Part shown: positions 41,217 to 44,863 of the stretch, piece after piece
How positions within the stretch are numbered: position 1 is the stretch's first letter
Layout: each line of letters starts with the position of its first letter
Virus record (IMG/VR): IMGVR_UViG_3300032237_000438
Location: 1-44,863 of that record
DNA: 44,863 nt
Direction: 5' to 3' (one strand)
DNA from: a virus
Lineage: Duplodnaviria; Caudoviricetes
The notes under the pieces: model-generated
Databases searched by the model: none
What the model saw: only the letters and a program-made list of their open reading frames with translations
What the model was told of the DNA's origin: nothing
Program-made: the position numbers and the translations under genes

Positions 41217-43559
41217 ATGGCAACACCGCAGCAGATCGAACGACAGATCAAGCTGGAGACCCAGGCCGTCCATGACGGCATCCAGAAGCTCAGGGACAAC
41301 ACCAAAAAGGCTGAGGGGAATGCCTACGCATCCAGCACGGTCTACGCCCAGCGGATGCTCAAGGAGGCCATCCCCGCAGTCGCCAAGGAGATCACCAGGC
41401 TTCGCAACACGCGCTTGATGCGGGGAGCTGCTGGCCCGGCCCTGGCTCCTTTGGCCCAGTACACCCTGGGCATTGAGACCGAGGTGCTGGCCATGATCAC
41501 CCTCAAGACCCTGTTTGATGTCTGCACCGATCCCAGGGATCGCGCCGATCTGGTCAACAACGTGATTGACCGGGTGGGCACCGCTGTGGAGCAGGAGGCC
41601 AAGTGGCGGTACTTCCAGGAGAAGGACCCCGAGTTGGTGGGCTGGATTACCGCCAGCCATCACCAGGGCAAGGGCCTTCACTACCGGGACTACGACGCCA
41701 CGCGCCGCTTCCGGGAGAAGGGGATTTACTGGACGGCTTGGCCCCGCATCTCGCGGGTCAAGATCGGCGCCACATTTGCCGAGGCTGCCTGCCAGATCAC
41801 TGGCTGGTGGCACAAACAGCTGAAGTTCTCAGGCCGCCGCAGTTCGGTTCACCTCAGGCCCACCCCCGAGATGCTCGACATCATTGCCGGGCTGATGGAG
41901 CGGGCAGAGCTGTTTGCTCCCCTCAACTTGCCAATGGTGGTCGAGCCCAACGACTGGACCAACCACCAAGCGGGGGGCTACCTCACCAACGAGGTGCGCC
42001 GGGGTAACAAGTTGATCCGCACTTTTGGTGTGCTACGTCTACAGGGGGAAACACCTCTGGCCTTCCTCAACCACTTGCAGAAGGTGGCCTACCGAATCAA
42101 CCCCTTCATCTTGGAGGTGGCAAATCGGTTGGAGGAGGATAGCTACAAGATTGATGCAGCCAAGTTCATCCCTGAGGATCGACGGGAGCTGCCAATCAAA
42201 CCCCACGACATTGCCACCAATAAGGAGGCACGGTTCAACTACAGAAAGGAGGCAGCTGCGGTCTATGACTACAACAGCACTAGCCTCAAGCGCAGCATCC
42301 GCACCAAGCTCACCTTGAGTTTGGCGAGGCGGTATGCCAAGGAGGAGCGGTACTACCTGCCGTGGTCGTTCGATTACAGGGGTCGGGTCTATCCCATCCC
42401 CTCGTTCTTGACGCCGCAGGACACCGGCTTTGCCAAGAGCCTGATCCAGTTTGCCGATGGTGAGCCTTTAACGGAGCGGGGCCTGTACTGGCTGCGCTTC
42501 CAGCTGGCCACTACGGCGGGCCTGGACAAGGCCTCGATGGAGGAGCGGCAGGCGTGGGCCCTCAGCAATGAGAGCCTGTTCTCTCGGATTGCCACAGATC
42601 CACTAGGCCAACTGAGTCAGTGGGAAGCGATGGAAGAGCCCTTTCTCTTCCTGGCTGCTTGCGAGGAGTTCCATGCCGTAGTGGTCGCCAAGACCCGCAG
42701 CCATACCCACCTACCGGTGGCCGTGGATGCCACGTGCTCGGGCCTCCAAGTGTTGGCGGGTCTCAGTCATGACCGCTCGACCGCAGCCCTCGTGAATGTC
42801 TCGCCTGGGGAGCGTCCCAGTGATGCCTACAAGGCGGTGGCCCATGCGGTGAATCCCAACCTGCCCAAGGAGTGGGGCATCGAATTGACCCGCTCCGATG
42901 TCAAGCGGGTGGTGATGACCATCCCCTACAACGCCAAGCCCCTGTCCAATCGCAGCTACATCCGGGAGGCCCTGGTCAAGAAGCGCGGCCTGGAGGTCAC
43001 TCCAGAGCAGCTCACCTTGATCGTGCGCCTCACCCGTGATGCCATGCGGGAGATCGTCCCCGGTCCCATGCAGGTGATGGATTGGCTGAATAAGGAGATC
43101 AAGGGGGCCATCAAGCGGGGCCTCCCTCACATTGAGTGGACCACCCCCAGTGGCTTCAACGTCAAGCAGGACCTCAGACACATCGAGACCGAGCGGATCA
43201 AAGCCCATCTGATGGGTGAGGTGAAGCTCAGTATTGGTGTCTCCGAGGGGCAGCCTGACATCAAACACCACGCCAATGCGGGGGCACCGAACCTGATCCA
43301 CAGCCTTGATGCATCGATTTTGCAGCTCGGTCTCAAAGAGTTCGCCACCCCGTTCACGGTGATCCACGACTCTGTGCTCTGTTTGCCCAACCACATGGAT
43401 GACCTCAATGCGGCGGTGCGCTCGGCCTATGCCCAGTGCTTCACCGAGCACAGCCCCCTCCATGACCTGGCCGAGAGCATTGGGGCCGAGAGTGATCCGC
43501 CGATGGTCTACGACTTTGACCCTGGCACGGTGTCGGCCTCTCCCTATTTCTTTTGTTGA
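41217..43559 (+). CDS. Single-subunit phage RNA polymerase
   Basis: PMVVEP.DW, GGY, FDYRGRVY, DATCSG, R..VKR.VMT.PY, PNLIHSLDA, IHDS. Confidence 0.98.
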   Translation: MATPQQIERQIKLETQAVHDGIQKLRDNTKKAEGNAYASSTVYAQRMLKEAIPAVAKEITRLRNTRLMRGAAGPALAPLAQYTLGIETEVLAMITLKTLFDVCTDPRDRADLVNNVIDRVGTAVEQEAKWRYFQEKDPELVGWITASHHQGKGLHYRDYDATRRFREKGIYWTAWPRISRVKIGATFAEAACQITGWWHKQLKFSGRRSSVHLRPTPEMLDIIAGLMERAELFAPLNLPMVVEPNDWTNHQAGGYLTNEVRRGNKLIRTFGVLRLQGETPLAFLNHLQKVAYRINPFILEVANRLEEDSYKIDAAKFIPEDRRELPIKPHDIATNKEARFNYRKEAAAVYDYNSTSLKRSIRTKLTLSLARRYAKEERYYLPWSFDYRGRVYPIPSFLTPQDTGFAKSLIQFADGEPLTERGLYWLRFQLATTAGLDKASMEERQAWALSNESLFSRIATDPLGQLSQWEAMEEPFLFLAACEEFHAVVVAKTRSHTHLPVAVDATCSGLQVLAGLSHDRSTAALVNVSPGERPSDAYKAVAHAVNPNLPKEWGIELTRSDVKRVVMTIPYNAKPLSNRSYIREALVKKRGLEVTPEQLTLIVRLTRDAMREIVPGPMQVMDWLNKEIKGAIKRGLPHIEWTTPSGFNVKQDLRHIETERIKAHLMGEVKLSIGVSEGQPDIKHHANAGAPNLIHSLDASILQLGLKEFATPFTVIHDSVLCLPNHMDDLNAAVRSAYAQCFTEHSPLHDLAESIGAESDPPMVYDFDPGTVSASPYFFC
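42024..42047 (+). promoter_or_regulatory. Putative phage RNAP promoter inside the RNAP gene
   Basis: Exact 24-bp match to 36506-36529; +1 probably G42044. Confidence 0.78.
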
Positions 43560-43584
43560 TCCCACTCCACCAACTCAGACAACC

Positions 43585-43740
43585 ATGCCTAAGCTTTCGG
43601 AGAATGCCACCCTGGTGGATCGCATCCGCTACTACATCGAGGTGGACGAGCGAACCAAGGCACAAGCCTTGGCCCAGCTTGGTGATTACCTAGAGGAATG
43701 CTTCCTCTGGGATATATCATTCAGTGGGGAAACCCTCTAA
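43585..43740 (+). CDS. Small hypothetical protein (51 aa)
   Basis: MPKLSENATLVDRIRYY...; bracketed by CCACT boxes. Confidence 0.62.
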   Translation: MPKLSENATLVDRIRYYIEVDERTKAQALAQLGDYLEECFLWDISFSGETL

Positions 43741-43764
43741 CAGATTGGATCCCACTCAGCCAAG

Positions 43765-44133
43765 ATGCCCACCCCTCGTCCCCCTCGTCTCACCAGTGAG
43801 GACCTGTATCGGGCCTACCTCATGGTGGAGGTGTTGCGCTCGACCGGAGAACGCGAGTTCCCCATGCAGCTGGCCAGCACATTTCTCTGGATTGCAGCCC
43901 ATGACGGCTGCCGTCAGGAGGATTTGATCGAAGCCACCAGTATGTCGCCGTCTTCGGTGTCCCGCAACGTCAGCTGGTTGGGTCCGAGGCATCGACTCGG
44001 TAAGGAGGGGCTCAAGCTCGTTAGAAGGGAAAAGGACCCGGACGATCCCAAACGGTGGAGGCTCTACCTCACGCCCAAGGGGTCCCAGTTCTCCCGTCTC
44101 ATCGAAAAACAGCTCAATGGACCGATCTCATGA
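43765..44133 (+). CDS. MarR-family winged-helix protein
   Basis: SPSSVSRNVSWL helix; LVRREKDPDDPKRWRLYLTPKG wing. Confidence 0.9.
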   Translation: MPTPRPPRLTSEDLYRAYLMVEVLRSTGEREFPMQLASTFLWIAAHDGCRQEDLIEATSMSPSSVSRNVSWLGPRHRLGKEGLKLVRREKDPDDPKRWRLYLTPKGSQFSRLIEKQLNGPIS

Positions 44134-44863
44134 CTGACTACACCTGGAGCCAGGCGTTTGATTACACCTATCGAACCAAGTGGAAGCGCTTGGCCTCGGC
44201 CAAGACCAACTGCATCAACGGCTCCCACATCACCAACTACTGCGGCAAGTCACTTCCACTCAGCCGAATGGGCAAGGTGGGGTGGTGGCAGGAGTTCATT
44301 GCCCACCTCCAGGACCAGGGGCGCTCCAGCTCCACGATCAACCGGATCATTTCGGTGGGCTCCACCGCCATCCAGTGGACCGCGAAGGCTGAACACCACA
44401 AGGTGCTCTGGCCCAAGGTGGACCGCCTCAAGGAGGGCGAACACCGGCTCACCTACTTCACCAAGGAGCAGGTGGCGCGGATGGCCCACGTGGCGGTGGA
44501 CATCTTCGATCGGCCGGATTTGGCCGATGCCTTGGTGTTCTCGGCCTACACGGGCCTGCGTCAGGGCGAGTTACTGGTGCTCAAGCCAGAGGACATCGAC
44601 CTCTCTCTCGACACCATCTGGGTGGGAGGGAGACCAGGACGCGAGACCAAGGGCAAGAACGTTCGCACCGTGCCGATCCATACCCTTGTGACTCCCATCC
44701 TTCAGAACCGCTTGGCCGGTCGCTTCGTCTTTGGCGACGACTGGACCAACAAAGATCAGCTCTACGGAGCGTTCAAAAAGGTTCGGGATTACTGCGAGAT
44801 CACCGAGGACCACGTGTGGCATTCGCTGCGCCATTCCTTCGGGACGTGGTTGGGCGAACAGAC
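44130..44863 (+). CDS. int: Tyrosine integrase, N-terminal part (280 aa in total, ends at 232)
   Basis: ATGA overlap with MarR; STINR, YTGLRQGEL, TKGKNVRTVP, HSLRHSF. Confidence 0.95.
   Translation, partial: MTDYTWSQAFDYTYRTKWKRLASAKTNCINGSHITNYCGKSLPLSRMGKVGWWQEFIAHLQDQGRSSSTINRIISVGSTAIQWTAKAEHHKVLWPKVDRLKEGEHRLTYFTKEQVARMAHVAVDIFDRPDLADALVFSAYTGLRQGELLVLKPEDIDLSLDTIWVGGRPGRETKGKNVRTVPIHTLVTPILQNRLAGRFVFGDDWTNKDQLYGAFKKVRDYCEITEDHVWHSLRHSFGTWLGEQ

Larger units (their letters stand above)
38660..43763 (+). repeat. Dispersed CCACT-NNR-CCAA boxes
   Basis: Starts at 38660, 38949, 39620, 40368, 40588, 40765, 41183, 42600, 43562, 43752; also 437 and 6043. Confidence 0.92.

Noticed and set aside
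42711-43565. 284-aa antisense ORF over RNAP, and the other long minus-strand ORFs
   Set aside because: Shadow ORFs of GC3-rich or repetitive genes
44741-44863. 123-bp end repeat as the biological terminal repeat
   Set aside because: It falls mid-integrase, so it is best explained as a circular assembly overlap

Overview
This window is a complete, circularly permuted genome (44,740 bp unique; bases 1-123 are repeated at 44741-44863) of a T7-like podovirus (Autographiviridae-type). A picocyanobacterial host (Synechococcus/Cyanobium-like) is inferred from the gene set and the tRNA-Leu attP. Gene order from the likely physical end (~37.8-38.0 kb): small early genes, a single minus-strand RHH regulator, single-subunit RNA polymerase, MarR-type HTH, tyrosine integrase, attP (5' half of tRNA-Leu-CAG), SSB, endonuclease I, primase-helicase, thioredoxin, DNA pol A, EndoVII, exonuclease, gp1.7-like, MazG-like, RNR alpha/beta, portal, scaffold, RlpA-like, atypical tRNA-Trp, capsid, tail tubes, internal virion proteins, tail fibre plus modular tip genes, lysis genes, terminase and ThyX. 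The strongest unexplained signals lie in the early/lysogeny region: (i) a CCACT-NNR-CCAA box in front of most early genes; (ii) a 43-aa secreted precursor with an 18-aa four-cysteine peptide, missed by the ORF track, convergent with the RHH gene; (iii) a LexA-like box upstream of the RNAP operon; (iv) a 24-bp putative phage promoter found only twice, placed so that integration would cut it off from all replication and structural genes. Together these suggest a CI-independent lysis/lysogeny circuit. All calls come from manual reading and no database searches were run.
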